This document shows, one piece after another, positions 1 through 9,647 of a stretch of 64,000 bases of DNA (positions within the stretch are counted from its first letter, which is position 1; each line of letters starts with the position of its first letter). The stretch lies in sequence record MZ475897.1. The stretch is one strand, 5' to 3'. A model generated the notes under the pieces. That model saw only the letters and a program-made list of their open reading frames with translations, was not told where the DNA came from and did no database searches. Both the position numbers and the translations under genes were made by a program.

Positions 1-542
1 GCACCGTTAGTGTATAAACAGTACAGGGTTTTAGCTTGGCGATCATATACGAACGACACACGCTTGGTAAGGTCAAACGGTGCGTATGCGAGATCACTGA
101 TTTTAACTACAGGCGATTGCTGCAATTCAGCCTGAGTAGGATTGCGTACACCACCACCAATAACAAGACCGTTGTACGTCGGGTTTAGGGACGCACCAAG
201 CGGCATTGCATCAACGCCTTGCGTGAAGAAGCGATAGTCCAGCGTCTTCTTGCGAGGTACGGTGAAGATACGAGAAGCTGAATGAACCAGCATCCAGTTG
301 TCACCGTCTTTGTAATAGACGACTACAGGCTGGGTTGTTGTCTCATCAACAGTGATAGTTGCCTTGAGGGATAGTGCATACACAGAACCCGTTGGCGTAA
401 TGTCCATCTGAGATGTGTTGTTGCTAAACGTACCACCAGCAACACGAAACGTCAGGACGTCGGTATGACCAGAAATCGTTACGCTATCTGACCACGTAAC
501 TGGACCGCTGGCCTGCTCGACTACAGGAATCAATTCAGCCAT
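1..542 (-). CDS. Hypothetical, probably virion-associated protein; 3' end truncated by the window edge
   Basis: Manual translation from ATG at 542 (MAELIPVVEQASGPVTWSDS...) stays open to position 1; lies downstream of the structural block; missed by the ORF track because it has no stop. Confidence 0.75.
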   Translation of the reverse strand, partial: MAELIPVVEQASGPVTWSDSVTISGHTDVLTFRVAGGTFSNNTSQMDITPTGSVYALSLKATITVDETTTQPVVVYYKDGDNWMLVHSASRIFTVPRKKTLDYRFFTQGVDAMPLGASLNPTYNGLVIGGGVRNPTQAELQQSPVVKISDLAYAPFDLTKRVSFVYDRQAKTLYCLYTNG

Positions 543-567
543 TGCTTTTCCTCACGATGTAGAAACT

Positions 568-591
568 AAAAAGGGCGGCCGAAGCCACCCT
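568..591 (-). terminator. Rho-independent terminator with cUUCGg loop
   Basis: Minus strand reads AGGGTGGC-TTCG-GCCGCCCT-TTTT just after the 605..1777 stop. Confidence 0.85.
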
Positions 592-604
592 GTGAGGAAT
601 AGGC

Positions 605-1777
605 TTAGGCGCCTGAAGTTGGAGCTGGGTCTGCCGCTTTGTAGCCACGCAGGAAGAAGACACGCATACCGGTGTTGTTCGGACTGTTAGCAGTCAGAGC
701 TTTATAGGTACGCTTCTTCGGCGTAGTGCCATCGCTTTCCATCTCGTTGTACACCTGCACGTCGAGGTCGGTACCGTTCGATACAACGTCAGCAGACGCG
801 TAACCAACAATATCCATCTCGTACGGGTAGCTGTAGCGCTGCGTGTTGAAGCCAGCAGGCAGACGGAAGTCGAAGTGGTTATCCTCAGAGAATGGAACCA
901 TCTGATATGGGTTGATAACCGCTGAGCAGTCAGCACTGTGCAGATGCGCAGGAGCTGGAGCAGTCGGCGCATTCACATCAGATTCACGCACGGTAAAGCG
1001 CATGAGCTGGTACGAACCTGGGCTGTACGTGATAGGACGCACTTCGGTGTTGTTATCCGCAGCGCCGCCACCGTTAACGGTGAACATACAGAACAGAGGA
1101 GCTTTACCATCGACAACCACAGTACCATCGCTGTTGATAGCACGCTGAACAACGAACCACGCAGCACGGCAGCCATCAGAGTCATGGCCTTCTGCCTGAA
1201 TGTGAACAGCGAAGCCGTGCTCAGTCAGAGAGATGTGGTAAGTGAACGGCGTAGCTTCTGGGTCAGCGAAGATCAGACTGTCTGGGTTAGTCTGAGTTGG
1301 CGTGGTAACGTTCTGTGGGAACGCCATAGTGCCGCTGTAGTACACGCTGTTTTGGTTAGCACCAGCAATACCACGATGCCAGAAGCATACTTCGGTATCA
1401 CCAGTTGCACCCTGAGTACCAGTGAAGCGAGCACCAATCTGACCTGAATACTCAGGCATAGAGTTGGAGGTGGTACCAGTAGTGCCTGTCTTAGACACAG
1501 TGCCCGTGTCAGAGATCTGCGTAGGCGAAGCAACATAAAGCTGCGTGCGCTTATCAGTTCCCTTCATGGCCACACGCCATTTCTGCGTAGCAGCCAGCGG
1601 ATCAATGGTATCAGTCGCTTCGATTACGAAGGACGACAGGTCGGTAGAAGGCACAGTGGTTGCTGCCGTACCGTTGAAGCTGATCAGCTTAAAGCCATTA
1701 GCCAACAAATCATTCAGAATGTCTTTCCACATCTTCAGGTTGTTGGTGTAGCCTGATTTAACAATCAGTTTGTTCAT
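605..1777 (-). CDS. Putative virion structural protein (paralogue of 1796..2782)
   Basis: 390 aa, Thr/Gly/Ser-rich; collinear shared motifs with the neighbour (DPL...QKW, T[DE]HG.A.H..AEG.D..G....WFVVQR, PLF..F...GGG, GY.SADV.S.G, N.GMR). Confidence 0.65.
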   Translation of the reverse strand: MNKLIVKSGYTNNLKMWKDILNDLLANGFKLISFNGTAATTVPSTDLSSFVIEATDTIDPLAATQKWRVAMKGTDKRTQLYVASPTQISDTGTVSKTGTTGTTSNSMPEYSGQIGARFTGTQGATGDTEVCFWHRGIAGANQNSVYYSGTMAFPQNVTTPTQTNPDSLIFADPEATPFTYHISLTEHGFAVHIQAEGHDSDGCRAAWFVVQRAINSDGTVVVDGKAPLFCMFTVNGGGAADNNTEVRPITYSPGSYQLMRFTVRESDVNAPTAPAPAHLHSADCSAVINPYQMVPFSEDNHFDFRLPAGFNTQRYSYPYEMDIVGYASADVVSNGTDLDVQVYNEMESDGTTPKKRTYKALTANSPNNTGMRVFFLRGYKAADPAPTSGA

Positions 1778-1795
1778 GTTTCAAATCCCCTAAGA

Positions 1796-2782
1796 TTAAG
1801 CTGAATCGCCGGCAGCAACAGGAAGCATCAGACGCATACCACGGTTGTCTTTACCGTTAGCGTTCATACCCTGATACACGGTCTTATCAGCAGCTTTCAG
1901 CGGGTTCAGTTGCACCTGAGAGCCAGAAGACAGCACGTCGGCAGAGGTGTAGCCCAGCATGTCCAGTGTAGCGAAGTACACGTAACGCTGAGTGTTAATC
2001 ATCTGCGGGAACAGCACGATAGCGCGGTTACCTTCGGCAATCATAACCTGTTGCATTGGGTTGATGATTGGGCCGCAGTCAGCGCTTGCCTGTACAGCAG
2101 ACACAGGAACGGTAGCAGCATAGATGCCGTTCTCGATAACAACGTAGCGCTGAATCGATTCAGGCTTCAATGTATCAGGGTCGCCTGCCAGACCACCGCC
2201 ACATGAGAACACAGCGAACAACGGACTCTGGTCACCAGGCTTAGTGTCGCCTTCCTGAACGCCGCGCTGAACAACGAACCACGAGAACGCAGTACCGGTG
2301 TTGTCGAAGCCTTCTGCATTCACATGCAGTGCTACGCCGTGGTCAGTAACAACCAGATCGTAGGTCAGTGGGTAAGCGGTAATATCAGCAGCCACATCCA
2401 TCTTCCAGTCAGCAATCTGATCGATGAAGAAGCTGGTCAGCAGGCCAGACTTAGCCATACGACCAACCTGAACTGTAGCAGAACGCATAGCAGCAGTGTA
2501 GTCTTCGGCATCAACCTGAAGATCAGGCAGGACGTTGACCGACATCTGTTTGTTTGCGTTATCAGCGGTCAGGATGATGCCCCACTTCTGAGATGTATAC
2601 AGCGGGTCTACTGAGGCGCTAGCCAGCAGATAGAACGACTTGCCGGTAGGGGTGACAGTAGTGCCAGCCTTACCATCGACAGCGACCAGGGCAAAGCCTG
2701 ACGTGATCAATTTAGCAACCAAGTCACGGGTCAGTGCTTCCAGACCGATGAGCTTAGTCACATTAGTGTGTTGAATTGCCAT
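1796..2782 (-). CDS. Putative virion structural protein (paralogue of 605..1777)
   Basis: 328 aa; same collinear motifs as 605..1777; lies within the tail/fibre operon. Confidence 0.65.
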   Translation of the reverse strand: MAIQHTNVTKLIGLEALTRDLVAKLITSGFALVAVDGKAGTTVTPTGKSFYLLASASVDPLYTSQKWGIILTADNANKQMSVNVLPDLQVDAEDYTAAMRSATVQVGRMAKSGLLTSFFIDQIADWKMDVAADITAYPLTYDLVVTDHGVALHVNAEGFDNTGTAFSWFVVQRGVQEGDTKPGDQSPLFAVFSCGGGLAGDPDTLKPESIQRYVVIENGIYAATVPVSAVQASADCGPIINPMQQVMIAEGNRAIVLFPQMINTQRYVYFATLDMLGYTSADVLSSGSQVQLNPLKAADKTVYQGMNANGKDNRGMRLMLPVAAGDSA

Positions 2783-2789
2783 ATGTCAA

Positions 2790-3575
2790 TCACTCCAATA
2801 CAAGATAGGTGACAGTGAGTTTAGGTTTTGCAGGGGACGTGCCGATATTCTTCATCCGCCACGAAACAACGTTGGTGTTATCTCGGTTAGCCAAGAAGCT
2901 ATAACGACGCAGCTTTTTCAAGACAGGGTTACCGTCAGCATCCTCGTCGTAGAATACGCCATCATCTACCAAGAAATTAGCAGTAGAGCGGAATAAATAC
3001 GGGTTTCTGTCAGAACGATCAGAGGATTCGAACGCAGACAACTCAATGTCGAAAGCATTTGTCTCCACGCGTATGAGCATACACGATTTGTTCATCGTCA
3101 GGTCGAAGTCAAGTTGTTGGCCAGGCGTGAGATACGCACCAGCTTCGAACTCAACAGTTTTACGCACGCCCTGGTTTTCGTTGCCGCTCATATCAACCCA
3201 CATCATCGTACCGTTAGCGCCAGAGGTGAGGGTCATACCCGCATACTCAGGTTCAGGCACTTGCTTATTGGGATCGATACCAACAACAGTTAAACCAGTT
3301 TCATCTACAGCGGTTACGAACGGAGCATCAAAACGATAGTTCGATCCTCCGAATTTCGCTTCCTCCCATGTTACGTTGTCTGTACCAAGTTGATACATCT
3401 TCTTGGTCTCTGTGACGTAACACAACATCCCAGGCTTTTTATTACCTACAGACATTGCGTTACGATCAGCAAGAGTTGGCAGACAGCGCATACCCCCTCG
3501 AAGATATTTGTCCTCGAGGAGATATGGGAGAGCTGTAGATGCAGGCACCAAGAACGAAGTCATGTTGACCGGCAT
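2790..3575 (-). CDS. Putative tail/fibre-associated protein
   Basis: 261 aa; N-terminal LEDKYLRGG..C..TLADRNAM....K.PGMLCYVTETKKMYQL module resembles one common at the N-termini of phage fibre/structural proteins. Confidence 0.5.
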   Translation of the reverse strand: MPVNMTSFLVPASTALPYLLEDKYLRGGMRCLPTLADRNAMSVGNKKPGMLCYVTETKKMYQLGTDNVTWEEAKFGGSNYRFDAPFVTAVDETGLTVVGIDPNKQVPEPEYAGMTLTSGANGTMMWVDMSGNENQGVRKTVEFEAGAYLTPGQQLDFDLTMNKSCMLIRVETNAFDIELSAFESSDRSDRNPYLFRSTANFLVDDGVFYDEDADGNPVLKKLRRYSFLANRDNTNVVSWRMKNIGTSPAKPKLTVTYLVLE

Positions 3576-3587
3576 CTACTTTCTCCT

Positions 3588-6500
3588 TTACGCAGTACCT
3601 GAGCCTGGGGTAGAAGAACCATAGGTCAGTTTGAACGTATACGCCAGATTATCAAACGGGAAGTCGTTGCGGTAAACAACATAGTCCACGCCGTTAATCT
3701 GAACTTCCGCAGGACCTGCAAAGTTGAAGTCGTCAAACTCCAACGCGCCATCCCATGAACCAGCAAAGCCCTGTGCAGACTCCACGAAGTAACCGTAACC
3801 CAGAGACTTAGGCCACGCAACGTAGAAGAACACGTTGTTGCTACTTGTACTGGTGTTAGCAGGGCACGTCAGCGTCTGTTGACCGCTAAGCGTCAGCGCA
3901 TTTTGCAGACCAGAAACGAACTGTGCATCGTAGTTCGTAACAGAGGTCACCTTAGTGCGATAGCCGAAGCGAGCACCCAGGTCAGCAACCTGCTCTTTCT
4001 TCAACGTCACGTCTTTGGTTGCAGTCTTGCTTACACCGTTCTTGGTATAAGTCAGAGTGATTGTGACAACAGCATCAGCAGTCACTTTGTCAGACTTGAG
4101 CAAGCCGCCTACAACGCTCAGGCCAGTAGCAGTACCAGACTTAACAGCAACAGACCACACGCTACCGCTATCAGCAGTTACGTCAGGCGTGGTGCCATCA
4201 GACATAGTAGCAGTACCAGTGTACTGAGTGTTCACGCCGCCGATGATTGAATCACTACCAGTGATAGTAACTGAATCAGGTGTCGCAGGAGCAGGCGTGT
4301 TCGTTACAGTCAGGTTCGCAGTTTGCGCTTGGCTGTTATACGAAGCAGTACCAACGATGATCGTCTGTTGCGCGGACGTCACAGTGTTACCAACGATCTT
4401 GTCCGTGCCGTTAAACGTAAACGCAGTAGAGCTACCGCTTGAACGACTAACAACAGGAGTCAGGTCAACCGTGCTACCGCCAGAAAGAGTCAGACGCAGG
4501 ACATAAGTACCGGTCTCACCTTTGTTGACAGCAGTTGGACCCACCAGCTCGCGCTTAGTGATGGTCTCAGCTTGGTTGATAATCTGAATCGTTTTCTCTG
4601 GCGTGTACGCAGTACCATCAACAGTGACGTTAGCAGCACGCAGCGTTGCGGTTTGGTTCTGGCTGATCGTGTTCGCAGGAACATTAACTTTCGTGCGGCT
4701 CGCGGTCGTACCAGACAGCAACTGAGCATAAGCAGCACCTTGAGGCAGTGTCCACGTTGGGTTAGTAGCGGTGTATTCTACCACAGTGCCGGACAGACGC
4801 GTCACACGCACATAGTATTCACCAGCAGTACCGCCCTCAGTGATTGAGTCAGGACCTACAATGTCTACAGTGCTTACGGTGTCAGTCGGACCAGTTACAG
4901 TGAAGCTAACAGTACCAGTCTTCGTCACGCCGCCAACAGTTGCAGTAACGTTGATAGTGAACGTCAGACTTCCGTAGAACCCGTTAAGAGCTTTCGTGGT
5001 ACGAATGCGCCAGCCAGTTGTTCCGCCAGCAACGATCTCGAAATACTGAGCAGTCGCAGCAGGCAAGGTGTAGCTGAGTTCCGCACTTGTGCCTTCACGC
5101 GTAGAGTTATCGCTGAACGTCAGAGTGCTATGCAGGTCCTTCGCAGTCTGTGCAGCATCGTTAAATGCATACGCAGGTGTAGGAGCAGCAGGCTGAACCG
5201 ACAGCAGACTGATAACGACCACGTTCTTGACCAACACGGATTTCTGTGCAGTCAAGCCACCAGCAGTCGCACGAATCAATGCGGTGCTATCCTGAGTTAC
5301 TTCGCCAGCAGTCAACACACCCGTTTGAGCGATTGATGCGAACGCGCTACCCTGAATAACAGACCACATAGGTGATGCAACCTGAACTTCACTTCCATCA
5401 CTGTAGATTGACCAGGCAGTGTATGGGCTGGTGGAGTTCTCGTTCATCTGGTCTGCGCCACGCACTTCCAGACTAACAACAGTCGGTGGGTTACCAACGA
5501 TTGATACAGGCAGCGTTGCAGTCTTCGTAATACCGTTTTCAGTATACGAGGCGTAGATGGTCACGCTGGACGTAGCGACAGGAACAGCACCAACAGTCAA
5601 CGTTGAGTTATCGAATGTAGCGTACTGGTTAGTCGCTTGCAGACGGAACTCATTCGGGCTAACTGTTTCGGTATGACCATCAGAGTAAGTAGCAAGTACG
5701 GTGTAACCCGTCTGCGTCTTCTCCTGCACGGATGATGGACCGATAATCTGAATCTTCGTCAGGTCAACAACAGGCACCACATTGACGACAGTCAGATTGA
5801 GCGTAGCGTTGACCGTGTGCGTACCTTCTTTATAAGAAGCGGACAGCACGACAGGAACGTCAGCAGTCACAGTACCAGCAGTAACGGTCTTGTTGACGAT
5901 GGTCACAATATCCAGACGGTCAGCAGTAAACGTCAGAGGGTCAACGGTACGCGTGTGGCCATCAGAGTAAGTAGCGAGGAACGTGTAGTTCGCGCTCTCA
6001 CCGCTGCGAATCGTGTTCGCACCCTGAATCGCCAGAGCAGTAACGAAGATCTCTTCTGCTTCATGGATGATTGTGATAGGCTTGGTGCCTGTAATCGTCT
6101 GCGAGCCTGACGTGTAACTTGCATTCAGCGTAACAGCGCGATCTTGTGCTGTCTCTTTGCGTGCAGTAACGACATTAGCATCGATAGCGGTGTAGGTAGC
6201 AGGAGACGCTGTGAATGAATTGGCGGTTACCATTTCAGTGTCACCGTTCGACCAAGTTACCTTGAACGTGTACGAGGCAGAAGCCTGTGACGCGATGGTA
6301 TCTTGTCCGAGAATCTCCAGCTTAGTCATCACCTGCGCCTTGACTGTTACGTCTTTGGTCGCTGTGAAATCTACGCCGTTATAGGTGTACGTTGCAGTCA
6401 GAGTAGAAACGGTATCAGTCGCAACCTTCTGCGCAGTACCCACCAGACCAACAAGCGACAGCACATCCGTTTTAGATGAGGTGAAGTTGTTAGGCTGAAC

Positions 6501-7601
6501 AGTTGCAACAGCGCCTGACTTATAGCGAGCAGTCACGCTGTATGTTTCTTTCTGCTTGTACAACAGGCTGCTAGAACCAATGATGGCGATAGATACCAGC
6601 TCATCATTTGGGATGAATGCGTTCTTAATCAGCAGGTCGTAAGTAGCTGTTACCGTATTGCCGTACACAGGGTCAATCTTGGTAGCAGTCACTTTGAGAA
6701 CTACGTCAGCAGACAAATCAGGCGCGGTAACAGTACCGTCTTCTGAGATAGTCACACCGATAACGTTCTCTTGAATCGTCCACACAACGCCAGTAGGATT
6801 GTGCTCGATACGGTCAGACCATTCAGCGTCGATAGCCAGCTTAACGCTAGAGTTATCTGACATGTACGAAGCTGAACCAGGCAGGCTGATACGCAGATTC
6901 ATTAAGTGAGGAGATTCCCACTCAACGTTGTCTGATACAGGCTTAATCCACTTACCAATGTATTTGTTCGCATTGGCTGGGTCCTGATCGACGATTGCCA
7001 GAACATAACCAGGCTGCGGTTGATTCGAAGAAGCTACCTCAACAAACGCTGAGGAGTTCAGACGAATCATCGTGCGAGGATAGTCTGGGTGATCGTGGTT
7101 GGTCGGATAACGTGGGTCTGACATACGTGGGTCAGAGCCAGATACCGCAATCGGGTCTTCTGCATCAGCAGGGTCTGTCTTCGTCTGCACACTACCGATA
7201 CGATTCGTAGTAGCGTGAGGGATTTCGAGATCCCCTTCTTCGATGCCCAGGTCACCAGCATTCTCCACAACGCGGCGGAAGAACTGCTTAGAGTTAAACA
7301 GCGAAGCGTAGTCAGGAACAGACACCCAAGAACCACGGTGGTTGCCGTCAGACACATGGCTGGTGCGGCGCAGCACATACTGATACTGTGGGCTGCCTGA
7401 GTTAGCATCAATCCAAATCAGATTGTATGGCTTCTCAGAGAATGACGGCTCTGTCAGCGACACTACAACTTGATACACATCGGTCTGATCGTTCGCATTG
7501 GGACGAAACAGGAACGTGATTGGGTTGCGTGGAGTCAGGCCGCGAGTACGGGCCAAAGCGATGTACTGCTTGGCGAATCCGTCAATGGTGGTCACACTCA
7601 T
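3588..7601 (-). CDS. Large Ig-like repeat virion protein (fibre/decoration)
   Basis: 1337 aa; about 10 degenerate repeats of roughly 95 aa (L.I.G...+......Y...AT[YF]SDG....V); N-terminus paralogous to 7598..8230 and 8241..8879; C-terminus paralogous to 8915..9601. Confidence 0.8.
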   Translation of the reverse strand: MSVTTIDGFAKQYIALARTRGLTPRNPITFLFRPNANDQTDVYQVVVSLTEPSFSEKPYNLIWIDANSGSPQYQYVLRRTSHVSDGNHRGSWVSVPDYASLFNSKQFFRRVVENAGDLGIEEGDLEIPHATTNRIGSVQTKTDPADAEDPIAVSGSDPRMSDPRYPTNHDHPDYPRTMIRLNSSAFVEVASSNQPQPGYVLAIVDQDPANANKYIGKWIKPVSDNVEWESPHLMNLRISLPGSASYMSDNSSVKLAIDAEWSDRIEHNPTGVVWTIQENVIGVTISEDGTVTAPDLSADVVLKVTATKIDPVYGNTVTATYDLLIKNAFIPNDELVSIAIIGSSSLLYKQKETYSVTARYKSGAVATVQPNNFTSSKTDVLSLVGLVGTAQKVATDTVSTLTATYTYNGVDFTATKDVTVKAQVMTKLEILGQDTIASQASASYTFKVTWSNGDTEMVTANSFTASPATYTAIDANVVTARKETAQDRAVTLNASYTSGSQTITGTKPITIIHEAEEIFVTALAIQGANTIRSGESANYTFLATYSDGHTRTVDPLTFTADRLDIVTIVNKTVTAGTVTADVPVVLSASYKEGTHTVNATLNLTVVNVVPVVDLTKIQIIGPSSVQEKTQTGYTVLATYSDGHTETVSPNEFRLQATNQYATFDNSTLTVGAVPVATSSVTIYASYTENGITKTATLPVSIVGNPPTVVSLEVRGADQMNENSTSPYTAWSIYSDGSEVQVASPMWSVIQGSAFASIAQTGVLTAGEVTQDSTALIRATAGGLTAQKSVLVKNVVVISLLSVQPAAPTPAYAFNDAAQTAKDLHSTLTFSDNSTREGTSAELSYTLPAATAQYFEIVAGGTTGWRIRTTKALNGFYGSLTFTINVTATVGGVTKTGTVSFTVTGPTDTVSTVDIVGPDSITEGGTAGEYYVRVTRLSGTVVEYTATNPTWTLPQGAAYAQLLSGTTASRTKVNVPANTISQNQTATLRAANVTVDGTAYTPEKTIQIINQAETITKRELVGPTAVNKGETGTYVLRLTLSGGSTVDLTPVVSRSSGSSTAFTFNGTDKIVGNTVTSAQQTIIVGTASYNSQAQTANLTVTNTPAPATPDSVTITGSDSIIGGVNTQYTGTATMSDGTTPDVTADSGSVWSVAVKSGTATGLSVVGGLLKSDKVTADAVVTITLTYTKNGVSKTATKDVTLKKEQVADLGARFGYRTKVTSVTNYDAQFVSGLQNALTLSGQQTLTCPANTSTSSNNVFFYVAWPKSLGYGYFVESAQGFAGSWDGALEFDDFNFAGPAEVQINGVDYVVYRNDFPFDNLAYTFKLTYGSSTPGSGTA

Positions 7602-8230
7602 GCTTTTTTCTCCAGAATATCGGTCGCAAGCAATTGACCATATGAAGCCTTAACTGTCGAATCAGCAACAAACGTAGAACCATTCTGGCCGACGGTAGCA
7701 TCCATGTTGACTTTATCCTGCACGGTCTTCACTTCGACCAGAGGCTTCTCTGGGTGCATCTCATCGTGAGGCAGCGGTGTACGCTTGTCAGTATTGCGTG
7801 GGTCAGATACAGCAACAAACGTTGGACGACCAACAGAAGCAGGCTCAGTTGTGAGACGAGCAATACCATACTCATCCACAGCAGCATTAGGAATATCTGC
7901 GCCGCCTTCAAGGTCAGCCGGATCGTAATACTGCGGTGCCCAGAACGAGTTGAAGTTCTTCACTTCTTCCCAAGTGTTCTGATAGCCACCAGACGGTTGC
8001 TTGTTCTTACGCGCAATGAACTTGCGGTAGAAGGCGCTGTTAACATCCATGCACAACCAGACGACATTCATCGGCAACACAACGCCAACAGGCTCTTGCG
8101 ATGCAACAATGTGCGTGCAGCTAATGTTGAGTGTCGGGTTAATCTGGCGCACGATTTGGTCTTTCGTCGTATCGTCAGCGAAACCAGTAACGGCCAACAG
8201 AGCAGCGGCCAGATCATTCAGTGTAGTCAT
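7598..8230 (-). CDS. Putative virion protein sharing the N-terminal module of the Ig-repeat protein
   Basis: Start reassigned to ATG 8230 (MTTLNDL...) with GGAG RBS; motif SDPRNTDKRTPLPHDEMHPEKP. Confidence 0.65.
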   Translation of the reverse strand: MTTLNDLAAALLAVTGFADDTTKDQIVRQINPTLNISCTHIVASQEPVGVVLPMNVVWLCMDVNSAFYRKFIARKNKQPSGGYQNTWEEVKNFNSFWAPQYYDPADLEGGADIPNAAVDEYGIARLTTEPASVGRPTFVAVSDPRNTDKRTPLPHDEMHPEKPLVEVKTVQDKVNMDATVGQNGSTFVADSTVKASYGQLLATDILEKKA

Positions 8231-8240
8231 AACCGCTCCA

Positions 8241-8879
8241 TTAGTTGGAAGGTGAGGCGAGTTCGGACTCACGTACTTTACGCCATTGAAGCGTGTTGTC
8301 TTCAAGCACCATAATCTGGTTAACTTGAGGTACGTTCTGGTCCTTAATCGGAACAAACTCTTCGCCGTAGCTACCGTTGATACTGATCATGGTGGCAGGC
8401 TTCTCGGGGTGCGTGTGATCTTTCGGGTCACGGTTATTCGTCAGTGTTTCATCACCTTCGAGGATAACACGAGATTCAGCTTCTGGATAAGACAGATAGC
8501 CGACACCACGAGTAAGAGAAGTGGCCAGAGGAGGCAGCGACTGATTAATGACTTTGAGATCATCTGGGTCATATTGCTGGTAAGTCATCGCATCTTCATA
8601 GAAGTACAGCTGGGTCCATACGTCTTTGTACGGATCGATTGGGTCTTTCACTGTACGCTTGAAAGCAGTACGGAAAGTGGAAGACTCTGGGTCCAAGTCA
8701 ATCCAGATACCATTGACAGGCAGGACCACATAACGCGGAATCGCATACGAGCAGTAGAACAACAGACCTAACTGCGAACCGTCTTTGGGCAGACGAAACA
8801 TGATTGGGTTTTTGTTCTGCTGGTGGATATTCGTAAGCAACTCAACGTTACTGATGAACTGTTCAAGTTTCAGTTCCAT
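8241..8879 (-). CDS. Putative virion protein sharing the N-terminal module of the Ig-repeat protein
   Basis: 212 aa; NPI.F, IWID, QQYDPDDL and GDETLTNNRDPKDHTHPEKP motifs shared with its paralogues. Confidence 0.65.
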   Translation of the reverse strand: MELKLEQFISNVELLTNIHQQNKNPIMFRLPKDGSQLGLLFYCSYAIPRYVVLPVNGIWIDLDPESSTFRTAFKRTVKDPIDPYKDVWTQLYFYEDAMTYQQYDPDDLKVINQSLPPLATSLTRGVGYLSYPEAESRVILEGDETLTNNRDPKDHTHPEKPATMISINGSYGEEFVPIKDQNVPQVNQIMVLEDNTLQWRKVRESELASPSN

Positions 8880-8910
8880 TGTGTTCTCCGTGTAACCATA
8901 AGCGGTGATT

Positions 8911-8918
8911 AAAATTAT
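8911..8918 (-). promoter_or_regulatory. Motif B (putative late promoter) ATAATTTT
   Basis: 32 nt upstream of the 8879 start; recurring motif. Confidence 0.45.
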
Positions 8919-9601
8919 ACAGGGTCGCCGGACTTGTTGCTGGTACTGCCGTATTTAATACGGAATACATAATCGAGGCTGTCGAATGGGAAGTCGTTAC
9001 GATAAACGACATAATCATAACCGCCTAAAGATACTTCGGCTGCACCTTCAAAGTTGAAGTCGTCAAACTCCATTGCACCATCCCACGAGCCTGTAAAGCC
9101 TTGCGCTGTCTCTTGGAAGAATCCATACATGAGACGCTTAGGCCAAGCAACATAGAAGAAGCGTTTGTTGTCAGACGTAGATTCATCCGGAGGGCACGTA
9201 ATGAGCTGGTCGCCTGTCTCTGTAAGAGTAGCGAGCGTAAGCGATCGGAAGAATGCGTCATCGTAATCGGTAAGCGACATAACTTTGTCATGAATACCAA
9301 AGCGAGGTCCGTACTCACCGCTGAACGGAACGGAGACATGCACCGTGTTTGAGACACGCAGCGGCGTATCTGTATTGCCATACACCTTAGCAGTCAATCG
9401 ATGTTCGCCCGTATCAAGAGTCAGGTCAGGCGCATCCAGACGAACAGTTCCTGTGCGTGAATACAGGACCTTACCGTTCTGATCTTCGATTGTTGTTTTG
9501 GTGACGCCCGTAGTGTTGTCATTAGAAATGGTGGACTGCATAGTATACGCACGAGGAAGCGCGATATAGTCCATGCTGTTACCAACGGCCAAAATGAACA
9601 T
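8915..9601 (-). CDS. Putative virion protein sharing the C-terminal module of the Ig-repeat protein
   Basis: 228 aa; FFYVAWPK...Q GF.GSWDGA.EFDDFNF.G.AEV...G.DYVVYRNDFPFD is nearly identical to the C-terminus of 3588..7601. Confidence 0.7.
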   Translation of the reverse strand: MFILAVGNSMDYIALPRAYTMQSTISNDNTTGVTKTTIEDQNGKVLYSRTGTVRLDAPDLTLDTGEHRLTAKVYGNTDTPLRVSNTVHVSVPFSGEYGPRFGIHDKVMSLTDYDDAFFRSLTLATLTETGDQLITCPPDESTSDNKRFFYVAWPKRLMYGFFQETAQGFTGSWDGAMEFDDFNFEGAAEVSLGGYDYVVYRNDFPFDSLDYVFRIKYGSTSNKSGDPV

Positions 9602-9617
9602 ATGACCTCACAATACG

Positions 9618-9643
9618 AAAAAGGAGGACCGAAGCCCTCCCTT
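9618..9643 (-). terminator. Rho-independent terminator with cUUCGg loop
   Basis: GGAGGGC-TTCG-GTCCTCC-TTTTT after the sheath gene. Confidence 0.85.
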
Positions 9644-9647
9644 ATGA

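Noticed and set aside
3655-9160. The duplicated segments at about 3655-3830 and 8986-9160 as a diversity-generating retroelement TR/VR pair
   Set aside because: Both copies are in-frame coding, differences are largely synonymous and not adenine-specific, and no reverse transcriptase is present; this is ordinary paralogy
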